Positions 28,153-38,238 of a stretch of DNA of 64,000 nucleotides are shown one piece after another (position 1 is the stretch's first letter; the number at the start of each line of letters is the position of its first letter). The notes under the pieces are model-generated. The model saw nothing but the letters and a program-made list of their open reading frames with translations. It did not search any database and was not told the origin of the DNA. The translations under genes and the position numbers were made by a program. Where the stretch lies: positions 324,298 to 388,297 of the forward strand of contig JAIOAT010000001.1 of assembly GCA_019873685.1 (NCBI GenBank), given 5' to 3'. This DNA comes from Chloroflexota bacterium. Its GTDB lineage: Bacteria > Chloroflexota > Anaerolineae > Aggregatilineales > Ch27.

Positions 28153-29307
28153 ATGGCAGAAAAAATCCTAATCGTAGATGACGATCTTGACAGTCTCAAA
28201 TTGATCGGGCTAATGCTGCAACGGCAGGGATATGAGATCGTCGCTGCCAGCGCAGGTGCACAGGCAATCGCGAAAGCGACTGCCGAAGCCCCTGACCTGA
28301 TCATCCTCGATGTGATGATGCCGGATATGGACGGCTACGAAGTAAGCCGTCGCCTGCGGGCTAATCCCAGCACGCAGGACATCCCGATTATCATGTTTAC
28401 AGCCAAAACTCTGGTCGATGACAAGGTCGCTGGATTCGAGGCTGGAGCAGATGATTACCTCACCAAACCCACGCACCCGGCGGAGCTAGCATCACGCGTC
28501 AAGGCAGTCCTGGCGCGTCGCGCAGCTAAGCGGGGTGCGGCCGCTGAGCTTGGAACCTTGCTGGCAGTCATTGGCGCCAAAGGTGGCGTGGGGACCACAA
28601 CACTGGCTATGAACCTGGCGGCTGCGCTGAACAGCACATCCGAGGGAACCATTCTGGCTGATGTACGGCCCGGTCAGGGTAGTCTGGGCATCTCGCTGGG
28701 CTTTGGGCGGGCTACAGGATTGGCTAACTTGCTCACCCGTCCGATCACCGATCTCAACCCCCGTGCAGTTGGCGCTGAATTGGTTAGCCACAAGTCCGGC
28801 TTACGTCTGTTGCTATCCTCAGTACGCCCGCGGGAGGCCAATCTTAACATGGCGCCGGAGGTCGTTTCCGGCATCCTGCGCCATCTGCGCGGTCTGGGGA
28901 AGATGGTCGTGGTTGACCTGGGTACCGGCCTCAGCCCTGCCAACCAGCGGGTTCTCCGCGAAGCCACCCATGTCATCGTAGTGAGCGAGCCTCAGCGCAT
29001 CCCTCTCAACATGACACGAGCGCTGCTCAACGATCTCAACGATCTAGGGGTTGGCCCTGGCCGTGTCAGCATTGTGCTAGTCAATCGCGCCCAGTCCGGC
29101 TTGCAGATCTCCTGGCAGGAGGCCGAGCAGATCCTGGGGCGCGAGATTCAGGGGGTTATCCCCCCTGCCCCTGATCTGATCCTCCAGGCAGTGGAGGCGG
29201 CACAGCCTGTAGTCAACCTGCAACCGGACGCGATTGTGACAGCACAGTTCCAGAAGATTGCTGAGAAAGTTGTCAGTCAGGTAGGTGACAGCAGGAAAAC
29301 CGGTTAG
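28153..29307 (+). CDS. Response-regulator receiver fused to a CpaE/TadZ-like (MinD/ParA-fold) domain
   Basis: REC motifs ILIVDDD, DLIILDVMMPDMDG, TAK. The ATPase-like domain has a deviant Walker A, GAKGGVGTTT (no GK[ST] lysine). ATG at 28153. Candidate promoter TTGCGG (28078), 17-nt spacer, TAGACT (28101). Confidence 0.85.
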   Translation: MAEKILIVDDDLDSLKLIGLMLQRQGYEIVAASAGAQAIAKATAEAPDLIILDVMMPDMDGYEVSRRLRANPSTQDIPIIMFTAKTLVDDKVAGFEAGADDYLTKPTHPAELASRVKAVLARRAAKRGAAAELGTLLAVIGAKGGVGTTTLAMNLAAALNSTSEGTILADVRPGQGSLGISLGFGRATGLANLLTRPITDLNPRAVGAELVSHKSGLRLLLSSVRPREANLNMAPEVVSGILRHLRGLGKMVVVDLGTGLSPANQRVLREATHVIVVSEPQRIPLNMTRALLNDLNDLGVGPGRVSIVLVNRAQSGLQISWQEAEQILGREIQGVIPPAPDLILQAVEAAQPVVNLQPDAIVTAQFQKIAEKVVSQVGDSRKTG

Positions 29308-29407
29308 GTCTCCACAATTCTGACCTGCCACTCTCAGTGCAGCAGATCAGCTTTTGCCACCGGCGCGGGCAAGCTCCCTGCCAGGTTTTTGCGGGCGCGG
29401 GGTGCAG

Positions 29408-30169
29408 ATGAACAGATATGCCATAGAACATGCTGCACTGCTCATCCGCAATGCATCCTATCCAATTGCCCTGACCGGTGCCGGGATCAGCACGCCTTCC
29501 GGAATCCCGGATTTTCGTAGTCCCCACGCTGGTCTCTGGGAACAACCGAATGCAGTGGAGACCGCCAGCATCTTTGGCTTCCGGCGCAACCCTCAGGCTT
29601 TCTACAACTGGATGCGCCCACTGGCGCGCAAGATACTGGCGGCCAGCCCCAACCCGGCTCACTATGCTCTGGCGGAGTTGGAGGCGGCAGGATTCTTAAA
29701 AGCGATCATCACCCAGAATATCGACATGTTGCATTCGCGAGCAGGTTCGCGGGAAGTCTACGAATTGCACGGTCACTTGCGGCGAGCGACCTGTATTGAG
29801 TGTTTTGCAGGGTACGAAGCCGAATCTCTGATTATGGGTGTTATTCAGAATGGGCGGGTTCCTCACTGCCCAGCCTGCGGCGGCTTGCTCAAGCCGGATG
29901 TCATTCTCTTCGGCGAGCAGCTTCCAGTCCGCGAACTGCTTGCCGCTCAGCAGGCAACCCGTCGCAGTGACCTCATGCTGGTCATCGGGTCGTCATTGCA
30001 GGTCGCGCCTGCAGGCGATCTGCCGCTGGTGGTGAAAGAGCGCGGAGGTGGCCTGATCGTGATAAACTATCAGGAGACCCATGTTGACCGCGCAGCGGAT
30101 GTGCTCTTCCGGGATAACGCCGCCGAGGTGCTCCCTTTGATCGTCAGGGCGGTGATGGAGGCTAGCTGA
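29408..30169 (+). CDS. cobB: NAD-dependent protein deacylase (Sir2 family)
   Basis: GAGISTPSGIPDFRS, QNIDMLH, and Zn site CIEC...CPACGG. Confidence 0.92.
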   Translation: MNRYAIEHAALLIRNASYPIALTGAGISTPSGIPDFRSPHAGLWEQPNAVETASIFGFRRNPQAFYNWMRPLARKILAASPNPAHYALAELEAAGFLKAIITQNIDMLHSRAGSREVYELHGHLRRATCIECFAGYEAESLIMGVIQNGRVPHCPACGGLLKPDVILFGEQLPVRELLAAQQATRRSDLMLVIGSSLQVAPAGDLPLVVKERGGGLIVINYQETHVDRAADVLFRDNAAEVLPLIVRAVMEAS

Positions 30170-30172
30170 CCT

Positions 30173-31444
30173 ATGTCCGCCAATAGTCTGCCAGCTTCTG
30201 AGTCAAGGCCGGTGGGTGAGCAGTACGCATCGCTGATGGCCCGCTATGAGCGGCTAATGGAGATCAGCCGCCAGCTCACCTCAACGCTGGACCTTAACGC
30301 CCTGCTTGATCAAATCATCCAGGCCGCTATTGAGCTTACCGAATCACAGGCTGCCTCGATCCTGCTGGTCGACCCACAGACCGGTGAATTGCGCTTCGAG
30401 GCTGCCTCAGATATCAGCAGTGGTACGCGGGATGCGCTGATTGTCCCCAAAGAAGGCAGCGTTGCTGGCTGGGTTGTCACGCATGGCGAATATGTTCTGG
30501 TACCCGACGCTCCTAACGACCCACGCTGGTTTCAGGAGGTGGAAAAGTCCGTCAAAACGAAGACACGCAATATGCTGGCGGTCCCCATGCGCGCCCACAC
30601 GCGAATCATCGGCGCTCTGGAAGCCCTGAACAAACGGAATGACGCGCCTTTCACTGCGGATGACGTCAACACGCTGACCACGCTTGCCGCACAGGCAGCC
30701 ATTGCCATTGAGAACGCCCGGCTTTTCCAGCAGAATGATTTCATCGCTGAACTGGTTCACGAGCTACGCACGCCGCTGGCGGCCCTGAAAGCCAGTACGA
30801 TGCTTCTGATGCGCCCCTCGCTCCCGGAAGATCGCCGCCATGAGATCATCGCCACGATGGAACGCGAGACGGATCGGCTGATCCGGATGACCACAGAGTT
30901 TCTTGATCTTGCCCGCCTGGAATCCGGACGCACCAAGTTGGAGATGGCCCCGTTCGATCTCCGCGAGCTAATTGATGAAACAGTCACAGTAGTGCGCCAG
31001 CAAGCCCAGGAACGGGCCATCACGATCAATATTGACGCAGAAAGTGTGGTAGTTGAGGGTGATCGCGGCAAGCTCAAACAGGTGTTGCTCAATTTACTGA
31101 CCAACGCGATCAAGTACAACCGGGAGCACGGCCTGATTGATGTTTGTCTACGCTTCCCTCAGGAAAGGGGGCAGGATACTGTGACCGTCTCTGTCCGTGA
31201 CACCGGACGGGGAATTGCCAAAGAGGATCAGGCTCACATCTTTGAGCGCTTTTACCGCGTTGCTGATAGCGAAGGTTTCACGCAGGGCACGGGTCTGGGT
31301 CTGATCATCGCCAAGCGAATTGTTGAAGCGCACAACGGCAATATGTGGCTTGAGAGCGAGCCGGGCGTAGGGTCAACATTCAGCTTCACGCTGCCGCGCC
31401 AATCTTACAAGAGTCGCCGTGCCGCCACCTCGCCAGCGCACTGA
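30173..31444 (+). CDS. GAF-domain sensor histidine kinase (soluble)
   Basis: GAF-like N-terminal half, H-box VHELRTPLAAL, N-box LLTNAIKYN, G2 GTGLGLIIAKRIVEAHNG. Starts 4 nt after the Sir2 stop. Confidence 0.9.
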   Translation: MSANSLPASESRPVGEQYASLMARYERLMEISRQLTSTLDLNALLDQIIQAAIELTESQAASILLVDPQTGELRFEAASDISSGTRDALIVPKEGSVAGWVVTHGEYVLVPDAPNDPRWFQEVEKSVKTKTRNMLAVPMRAHTRIIGALEALNKRNDAPFTADDVNTLTTLAAQAAIAIENARLFQQNDFIAELVHELRTPLAALKASTMLLMRPSLPEDRRHEIIATMERETDRLIRMTTEFLDLARLESGRTKLEMAPFDLRELIDETVTVVRQQAQERAITINIDAESVVVEGDRGKLKQVLLNLLTNAIKYNREHGLIDVCLRFPQERGQDTVTVSVRDTGRGIAKEDQAHIFERFYRVADSEGFTQGTGLGLIIAKRIVEAHNGNMWLESEPGVGSTFSFTLPRQSYKSRRAATSPAH

Positions 31445-31458
31445 GGAAACAGAGGTAT

Positions 31459-32409
31459 TCAGAAGGTCAGCAGTATCTTGAGCCGGCCCGGCTGCGCAGC
31501 CGCAGCCAGCGCTTCTTTGCCTGCTGCGAGCGGGTAGCGCCCCTCGATCAGTGATGTAACCTCAACCAGTCCTCCAGCCAGCAGGCGCAGGGCGGTGTCA
31601 AAAGGCCCACACCGACTGCCGATGACGGTGATCTCATTTACGGCAACCCGGGTCAGGTCAGCCTGTGGCAGGCCGTGGTAAGTGCTCTTCAGTACCAGCG
31701 TGCCGCGTGGCCGCAACAGTCGCAGCGCGTCCGCAAACCCTTCCTGTCGCCCGGTGCAGTCTACAACCACGTGGGCCTGCTGCTCTGGCAAGTCTGCCAG
31801 GCTGGCAGCCCTGATGCCCCATTGGGCCAGCAACTGCGCCTGCCGCTCATGGCGGACGACCACAGTGAGGTCCGCCCCTGTCAGCCGTAACACCTGAGCA
31901 ACCAGCAGTCCCAGCTTCCCCGCCCCCAGGACCACAACCCGATCACGCGGGCGCACATGGGCTGCTTCGAGTACCTGGCAGGCTGCTGCCAGCGGCTCAA
32001 CAAAAACCACCTGCTCGTCGCTGAGGGCATCTGGCACCGGGTGCAAATTGCGGATCGGCAGGGTAAAGCGTTCGGCGAATACCCCGGCGCGGTTCTGGAT
32101 GCCCAGTACAGTTCGCGCCCGGCAGTGCGTGTAGTTGCCTTCCTGGCACAGGTCGCATTGCCCACACACGACGTTGATCTCGCCGACAACGCGTTTCCCC
32201 ACCCAGTCGGACGGGCCGTCAATGACCCGTCCGACAAACTCGTGGCCCAGGATGCCCTCGTAGTTGTAGTATCCGCGCACCAGCTCAAGGTCAGTGTTGC
32301 AGATGCCAGCCAGCAGCGGCTGGATCACGACCTCACCGGGAGCGCAGGTCGGCTCAGGGGCATCGCTAAGCAGCCTGACCTGACCATCATAAACAGCCAG
32401 TGCGCGCAT
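31459..32409 (-). CDS. Zinc-dependent medium-chain alcohol/polyol dehydrogenase
   Basis: GHEFVG, structural-zinc motif CGQCDLCQEGNYTHC, and Rossmann motif VVLGAGKLG. Confidence 0.88.
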   Translation of the reverse strand: MRALAVYDGQVRLLSDAPEPTCAPGEVVIQPLLAGICNTDLELVRGYYNYEGILGHEFVGRVIDGPSDWVGKRVVGEINVVCGQCDLCQEGNYTHCRARTVLGIQNRAGVFAERFTLPIRNLHPVPDALSDEQVVFVEPLAAACQVLEAAHVRPRDRVVVLGAGKLGLLVAQVLRLTGADLTVVVRHERQAQLLAQWGIRAASLADLPEQQAHVVVDCTGRQEGFADALRLLRPRGTLVLKSTYHGLPQADLTRVAVNEITVIGSRCGPFDTALRLLAGGLVEVTSLIEGRYPLAAGKEALAAAAQPGRLKILLTF

Positions 32410-32462
32410 GGGCTTCTTCCCCCGGCAGGAATTGCCGCTGTCTTCAAGAATCCCGCAGCATA

Positions 32463-33422
32463 TCAGGCTGCCTGTTGGCGGCGGCCCCGGCTAAGCAGCG
32501 GAATCTCACCCTTCTCCCAGGAAACCAGCAGCGGCACGGCGTTGAAGATAGAGGAATACGTGCCACTGGCCATACCGATGAACAGGATTGCCACAAACTG
32601 CTTGATGGTTGCGCCGCCAAATAGCAAGAGCGCGGCCATGATGAAGAAAGCGTTCAACTGCGTGGCCAGCGACCGGTGAATCGTCTCCAGTACACTGCGA
32701 TTGACCAGGATCTCGTAATCCTCGCCCCGGCGCTTGCGGCTGTTTTCCCGGATGCGGTCGAACACCACAATCGTGTCCTGCACCGAGAAGCCGATGACGG
32801 TGAGCATCGCCGTCAGGAAGAGCGCATCCACTTCCCAGCCAAAAAGCAACCCCAGGATGGACATCACCCCCATCACCACCAGGATATCGTGGATCATCGC
32901 GGCGATGGCGCAAACGCCGTAGCGAAAAGCGTTGGGCACCTGCCGAAATGCGAAGACAATGAATAGCAGGATGACCACCGTCGCCACAACAACGGCCACC
33001 ACGGCTGCCTGAGTAACTTCGGCGCCAATGGTTGGCGACACCTGCTGGACATTGGTCGCGCCTTTGTCCAGCGGGGCCAGTTGCTCGCCAAGCGCCGCTG
33101 TGATTTCCTCGGTGACTTCTGGCTCCACGAAGCTTGTTCTTACCTGCCAGCGGGAGCCGCTGAGCATGGAAGCTTCGATCGGTTGCAGTTCCTGCAAGAC
33201 CACATCCTGCAGGCCGTACTGGCTAAACACGTCACGAATGGCATCTTCGGTCACGGGTGCGTTGAACTGCAGCTCAAACAGGCTGCCGCCCACAAAGTCA
33301 ATGCCCAGTCGCACGGGTGCGCCAGTGGTGGCTAGGGAGATAAGCATGGCCACGATGCCGGGCACGATCACAAGCGTAGAGACCAGAAAGTAGTACTTGC
33401 GATTCTTGACGAAGTTGAACAT
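32463..33422 (-). CDS. secF: Protein translocase subunit SecF
   Basis: MFNFVKNRKYYF start, typical SecF TM layout, RENSRKRRGEDYEILVNRSVLET. Confidence 0.93.
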   Translation of the reverse strand: MFNFVKNRKYYFLVSTLVIVPGIVAMLISLATTGAPVRLGIDFVGGSLFELQFNAPVTEDAIRDVFSQYGLQDVVLQELQPIEASMLSGSRWQVRTSFVEPEVTEEITAALGEQLAPLDKGATNVQQVSPTIGAEVTQAAVVAVVVATVVILLFIVFAFRQVPNAFRYGVCAIAAMIHDILVVMGVMSILGLLFGWEVDALFLTAMLTVIGFSVQDTIVVFDRIRENSRKRRGEDYEILVNRSVLETIHRSLATQLNAFFIMAALLLFGGATIKQFVAILFIGMASGTYSSIFNAVPLLVSWEKGEIPLLSRGRRQQAA

Positions 33423-33444
33423 GGCGCTTTGGTGCTCCTTGCTC

Positions 33445-34923
33445 CTAGATGCCCATCCACCACATGCGGCGTTCCAGTTTGTCGCCAACCACCTGCATGA
33501 CCAGGATCAGGAGCGTCCGGGTCACAATCACAGCCGTGAACAGATTCAGTACCAGGCCCAGCGCCAGTGTAATAGCAAAGCCACGTACCGACCCGGCGCC
33601 GAACGTGGAACCAAACAGGTACAGAATGACGCAGATGATAATTGTGGACAGGTTCGAATCGCGGATTGAGGTCCAGGCGCGATCAAAGCCTGCCTGCACA
33701 GCGATATTAAGCTGCCGTCCCTTACGCAGTTCTTCCTTGATTCGCTCGAAAATCAGGATGTTACCGTCTACCGCCGTGCCTACTGAAATCAGGAAGCCTG
33801 TGATCGCTGGCAGAGTCAGCGTTACCGGGATGAACTTGAAGAGGGCGATGTTCATGATCCCGAACAGCAGCAGTGCGATATCTGCCGTGATGCCAGGTAC
33901 CCGGTAGTACACGAGCATGAACACCAGTACCGTGATCACACCCAGAATACCTGCGCGGATGCTGCGATCGATGGACACGCGTCCCAGGGTTGGCCCGACA
34001 CTTTCCACGCTTTCTACACGCAGAGGCACAGGCAGCGCACCATAACGGAGTTGAACTGCCAGTTGCTGCGCTTCGTCCTGCGTAAAGGCGCCGGAGATCG
34101 TCCCGCCGTCGGTCAGTGCATCCCTGATCACCGGCGCAGAGATCACCACCCCATCCAGCACAATAGCCAGTGGCTGGCCGATATGCCGGGCTGTAAAGTC
34201 GCCGAAGATTTCCGCACCACGCTCATTCAGGGTGAAGTTGACCACCCATTCCGTACCTAGTCGATCGACCTGAGCGATGGCTGACTGCAGTCCTGCGCCG
34301 GTCATCACGGTCACAAACGGCTGTCCGGTGCGCGGATTCACGATCGGTGCATTCTCGTCAGTGGTTCCAGTGTTTTCTGGTTGTGGCGTAGCAGGTGTAG
34401 CAGTGGGCAATTGTTCCCCTGGTGCCGTGGTCGGCTGTGCTTGCTGCCGCGCGGCCTGCTGCTCAAGCTGGGCCGTTGTGAGAATCCGAGCGCCGTACAG
34501 ATGGCTCACATCTCCAAGCCCGGAAAAGTCCACGAATTCCAGCAGGCCCGTTTCGCGAATGGTCGCGATGGCGGTCTCAGGATCGGAGATTCCCGGTAGC
34601 TCAACGACGATCCGGTTCGCTCCCTCCTGAAGCTGGATTACCGGCTCGACCACGCCGAGCGCGTTGACGCGATTCTCAACAATTCGCCGGGCGGTTTCCA
34701 TGTCACCAGCAGTGATCTGATCCGCAGGCAGGTCTGCCGCCAGTAACACGCGCAGACCGCCCTGCAGGTCCAGACCAGGGCGGATGGCAATAGTGCGGGC
34801 GATCTCTGCCTTGCCATCATTGTTCAGGTCAAGATAGATTCCCGGGTTGTCGGGCAGCACCATCCAGATCGATGCCACGGCAACCACTATGGTCACGATC
34901 AGCCACCGAATATGACCGCTCAT
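33445..34923 (-). CDS. secD: Protein translocase subunit SecD
   Basis: GLDLQGG motif, periplasmic P1 domain, C-terminal TM bundle with LTLPAITGFLISVGTAVDGNILIFERIKEE. Confidence 0.94.
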   Translation of the reverse strand: MSGHIRWLIVTIVVAVASIWMVLPDNPGIYLDLNNDGKAEIARTIAIRPGLDLQGGLRVLLAADLPADQITAGDMETARRIVENRVNALGVVEPVIQLQEGANRIVVELPGISDPETAIATIRETGLLEFVDFSGLGDVSHLYGARILTTAQLEQQAARQQAQPTTAPGEQLPTATPATPQPENTGTTDENAPIVNPRTGQPFVTVMTGAGLQSAIAQVDRLGTEWVVNFTLNERGAEIFGDFTARHIGQPLAIVLDGVVISAPVIRDALTDGGTISGAFTQDEAQQLAVQLRYGALPVPLRVESVESVGPTLGRVSIDRSIRAGILGVITVLVFMLVYYRVPGITADIALLLFGIMNIALFKFIPVTLTLPAITGFLISVGTAVDGNILIFERIKEELRKGRQLNIAVQAGFDRAWTSIRDSNLSTIIICVILYLFGSTFGAGSVRGFAITLALGLVLNLFTAVIVTRTLLILVMQVVGDKLERRMWWMGI

Positions 34924-35037
34924 AGGCGAATTCCCTTCAGTCTGCTTGGCACAGGGATTGACCGGATGCAGGCACCATAAGCCGGCTTCCCAGCGGAGCC
35001 GGCACCCGCAACATCATAACGCTGCGGCTAACCAGTG

Positions 35038-35376
35038 TCAACGACTGCTTCGGTCTTCGGCTGTTCCCGCCCCATCTCCTATACCGATGCGTGCGTTGTG
35101 GGCCAGCGTGGCCGGGTCATATGGTTGTGTCAGCGCAGCAGTAATGATCCTTACTTCGACACCGTCCGCCAGCCGGATAGTCGCCTCACCAAGGTCGGGC
35201 TGTAAGTCGACGATGGTGGCGATCAGACCGCCGTAAGTGATCACTCTGTCGCCAGGCTTCAGCCGCCGAACGAAATATTGGTGCTTCTTGAATTCCTGCT
35301 GCCTGGGCAGAATCACCAGCGACCAGTAAGCCGCCAGAACCAGCAACAGCACAACAAGTGTGGCGATAAGCTCCAT
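35038..35376 (-). CDS. yajC: Preprotein translocase subunit YajC
   Basis: Single TM, then LKPGDRVITYGGLIATIVDL. Lies upstream of secD. Confidence 0.85.
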   Translation of the reverse strand: MELIATLVVLLLVLAAYWSLVILPRQQEFKKHQYFVRRLKPGDRVITYGGLIATIVDLQPDLGEATIRLADGVEVRIITAALTQPYDPATLAHNARIGIGDGAGTAEDRSSR

Positions 35377-35567
35377 GAAAGGCCGCCTCTCATTCTCGCT
35401 TTCTGACTCACCGGGCGCGACCGATTATAGCCGCCGCACCGTTGCGTGCCTACATACCGTTGCAGGAGCGCCCTGCTCTATGGTACAACATCCCCGCTGT
35501 ATCTTACGGCCTGCTGCCATGCGTACAGACAGCGATGTAATCACCGTGACCACGACAAGGAGCTTTC

Positions 35568-36305
35568 ATGCGCGTCATTATCAATCAGAAGAAAGTTCGC
35601 CGTAATCGCCGGCTGGCTCAGTATGCTTTCTTTGGCACACTGGCGCTGCTTATTCTGGGCCTGTTTGTGACCAATATTGCGCCCACGAATCCGCTGTTCC
35701 TGCTGGCACCTTTGCTGGTCTTGCCGGTGGCCTTTGGCGCTACGCTGTACTCGGTCCGCATGGCTAATCTGTGGCTGCGCGAACCACGTCCGGAGGCTGT
35801 GCTTGCCACCAGCCTCAAGGGCTTGAGCACGCGCTCGACTATCTACCACTATACCCTTCCCGCTCGTCACGTCCTGGTCTCACCGCAGGGGGTCTTTTGC
35901 TTTATCCTGCGTCCTCAAGATGGCAGTTATGTCATCAATGGGAATCGCTGGTCAAAGAAAGGGAGCTTCCTGAGTAAGTTCCTGACGTTCTTCCGCCAGG
36001 ATACCATCGGACGCCCTGACCTTGAGGCGTTACGGGAAGCAGCGGCGCTTCAGCGACTCATTGATCAGGTCGCCCCTGAGAGTGGTGTGCGTGTTGAGCC
36101 GGTGATCATCTTCAGCAGCCCGAATGTCAGCCTGGAAGTCGTTCAGTCGGATATCCCGGTGCTCTACGGCGATCCGCGTCAGAAGCCTAACCTCAAGACG
36201 TTCCTGCGCGATCGCAAGAAACAGGGAGAGGTAGCCACGCTGACGGATGAGCAGATTGCCGCCCTGGAAGCCGCTGTTGGGGTGGATGTTGTGGAGCAGG
36301 CATGA
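35568..36305 (+). CDS. Two-TM membrane protein with a possible NERD-like domain
   Basis: Two N-terminal TM helices. The segment YHYTLPARHVLVSPQGVFCFILRPQDG resembles the NERD core. The stop overlaps the next start (ATGA). Confidence 0.55.
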   Translation: MRVIINQKKVRRNRRLAQYAFFGTLALLILGLFVTNIAPTNPLFLLAPLLVLPVAFGATLYSVRMANLWLREPRPEAVLATSLKGLSTRSTIYHYTLPARHVLVSPQGVFCFILRPQDGSYVINGNRWSKKGSFLSKFLTFFRQDTIGRPDLEALREAAALQRLIDQVAPESGVRVEPVIIFSSPNVSLEVVQSDIPVLYGDPRQKPNLKTFLRDRKKQGEVATLTDEQIAALEAAVGVDVVEQA

Positions 36306-38164
36306 CTCTTGGCCGCCAGCCGCCATGGCCCGTGTTGATCGCAATCTTCTTACTGGCGTTTGCGTTGCGCCTGTGGCAACTGGACGCCAGTCCCCTGCGA
36401 GGCGATGAGGCTTTTGCGATCCAGTACTGGGCTGCACCCTGGCCGGACGGCCTGGCCCTGACCCGAGTGGAACCACACCCGTATGGCACGTTCGCCATCT
36501 TCGCCCTCTGGAAGGGCCTGTTGGGTGATGGCGAATGGGTGATGCGCCTGCTCCCAGCCCTGGGAAACCTGCCAGGGCTGGCCGCGGCATATGTGATGGG
36601 CAGACGTCTGTTCCATGATCGGCGAGCCGGGCTGCTGGCGACCTTCCTGTACGCAATTCACCCCCATCTGATCTGGCATGCTCAGGATGTTCGAAACTAT
36701 GCACTCTGGGCAGCCGCAACGCCTGTGTCTGTCGCGGCGCTTCTGATAGCCCTGGATCATGATCGCTTGCGCAACTGGGTGCGTTATGGTGCCGCAGCGG
36801 CCCTGAGCGTCTATATCTTCTTCTTTGCCCTGTTTTTCCTGGCGGCCCACGGGGTCTATGTGGCGCTATTCAGACGCGCTCGCCTGCGGCACTGGGTGAT
36901 GACTGTCCTTGGTGTAGCGGTGCTGCTTGTGCCGCTGGCTGTGCAGGTCCTGACGATTGTGCGCGAGGGGCAGTATACGGGTACGGCAGGGGGCTTTGTC
37001 TTTTCGCAGCTATGGACGTGGTTTCTGCCTACTCTTGCTGTCGGTGATACGTTGCCTGCCGGTTTGACGGCATGGCTGTGGGCGTCGCTGGTGATTGTCA
37101 TGGTCGTCGGGCTGTATGGTTTGTGGCGTTCGCGGCGCTATGTGAATGCGGCGGGATACCTCGCCACTGAGTTTGTGGTACCGGTGATATTGCTGGGACT
37201 GGTCTGTCTGCGGATGGATGTCTTCCGCCCACGGTACCTGTTGCCGCTGACGGCCGATCTGGTCCTACTGCTGGCGGGTACGCTGTTTGTCATGCTGACG
37301 GTACGGGAAAAGCATCTCAAGTCACTGGGATATGTCGTTACAGTAGCTATCCTGCTGCTTGATGGCTGGGCACTGGTCAATTACCATGCCGACCCGGCCT
37401 ATGCCAAAGCGCCAGACTGGCGAACCCTGGGCGCTTTCATGACCGCCGAAACCCGGCCTGATGAACTGGTGATCCAGCAGGCCCTTGATCCTGCATTCAC
37501 GTATTATTTTCGCGGACCGGCTGACGAGACCACCCTTCCCCTGCGCGCCAATGCTCCCGTGGAGGAAACAATCGCCTATCTGGAAGATGCACGGCAACGT
37601 TACACGCGGTTGTGGTTGATTCCCGCTGATCTCCCTTACTACGACGCGGAACATGTTCCGTTGACGTGGCTGACTGAGGAGATGCAGCCCATCGCCGATC
37701 TGTCCGTTGCTGGCTTTCGCGTTCTGCAATTTCAGTCCTGGGATGTCGCCGACTCTGAATACACCCGCCGCGCAAATGTCCGGTTTGCCGATGTTGGCAC
37801 TCTGCTCGATTGGCGGGTCGACCGGCTGGGTAAGGGGATACTGAGACTGACGGTATACTGGGAACCAACGGGCAGGCAAACCAGCGCATTGACAGGGTTC
37901 GCCCACCTGGTAGGACCGCCGCATCCGGATACCGGTCTACCGCTTTGGGCACAGGAGGATCACCCCCTGACCACTACCCATTGGCAGATCGGTCATGTAC
38001 GACGGGATGTTTACCTTCTGCCCCTGCCAGATACTCTGCCGCCTGGTGACTGGCAGTTACATGTCGGTCTCTATGATCCTGCCACCCTAGAACGTGTACT
38101 GGCTGGTGCGGATGACCACTTCACAATCGAGTTGGGCGTTGATCCACTGGCGAACATCCCATAG
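36302..38164 (+). CDS. GT-C fold (GT39/ArnT-like, PMT_2) glycosyltransferase with a C-terminal beta-rich domain
   Basis: Polytopic N-terminus whose first loop reads LRLWQLDASPLRGDEAF (DE motif). C-terminal soluble domain ends HVGLYDPATLERV. Confidence 0.8.
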   Translation: MTLGRQPPWPVLIAIFLLAFALRLWQLDASPLRGDEAFAIQYWAAPWPDGLALTRVEPHPYGTFAIFALWKGLLGDGEWVMRLLPALGNLPGLAAAYVMGRRLFHDRRAGLLATFLYAIHPHLIWHAQDVRNYALWAAATPVSVAALLIALDHDRLRNWVRYGAAAALSVYIFFFALFFLAAHGVYVALFRRARLRHWVMTVLGVAVLLVPLAVQVLTIVREGQYTGTAGGFVFSQLWTWFLPTLAVGDTLPAGLTAWLWASLVIVMVVGLYGLWRSRRYVNAAGYLATEFVVPVILLGLVCLRMDVFRPRYLLPLTADLVLLLAGTLFVMLTVREKHLKSLGYVVTVAILLLDGWALVNYHADPAYAKAPDWRTLGAFMTAETRPDELVIQQALDPAFTYYFRGPADETTLPLRANAPVEETIAYLEDARQRYTRLWLIPADLPYYDAEHVPLTWLTEEMQPIADLSVAGFRVLQFQSWDVADSEYTRRANVRFADVGTLLDWRVDRLGKGILRLTVYWEPTGRQTSALTGFAHLVGPPHPDTGLPLWAQEDHPLTTTHWQIGHVRRDVYLLPLPDTLPPGDWQLHVGLYDPATLERVLAGADDHFTIELGVDPLANIP

Positions 38165-38170
38165 AGACGG

Positions 38171-38194
38171 CAAAAGGGCTGCCGAAGCAGCCCT
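38171..38194 (-). terminator. Intrinsic terminator of the SPFH operon
   Basis: On the minus strand: AGGGCUGC-UUCG-GCAGCCCU followed by UUUUG. Confidence 0.75.
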
Positions 38195-38238
38195 GCATAT
38201 AGCGCGGCGTATCTGGCCAGAGTCAAACCATCTCGCAA

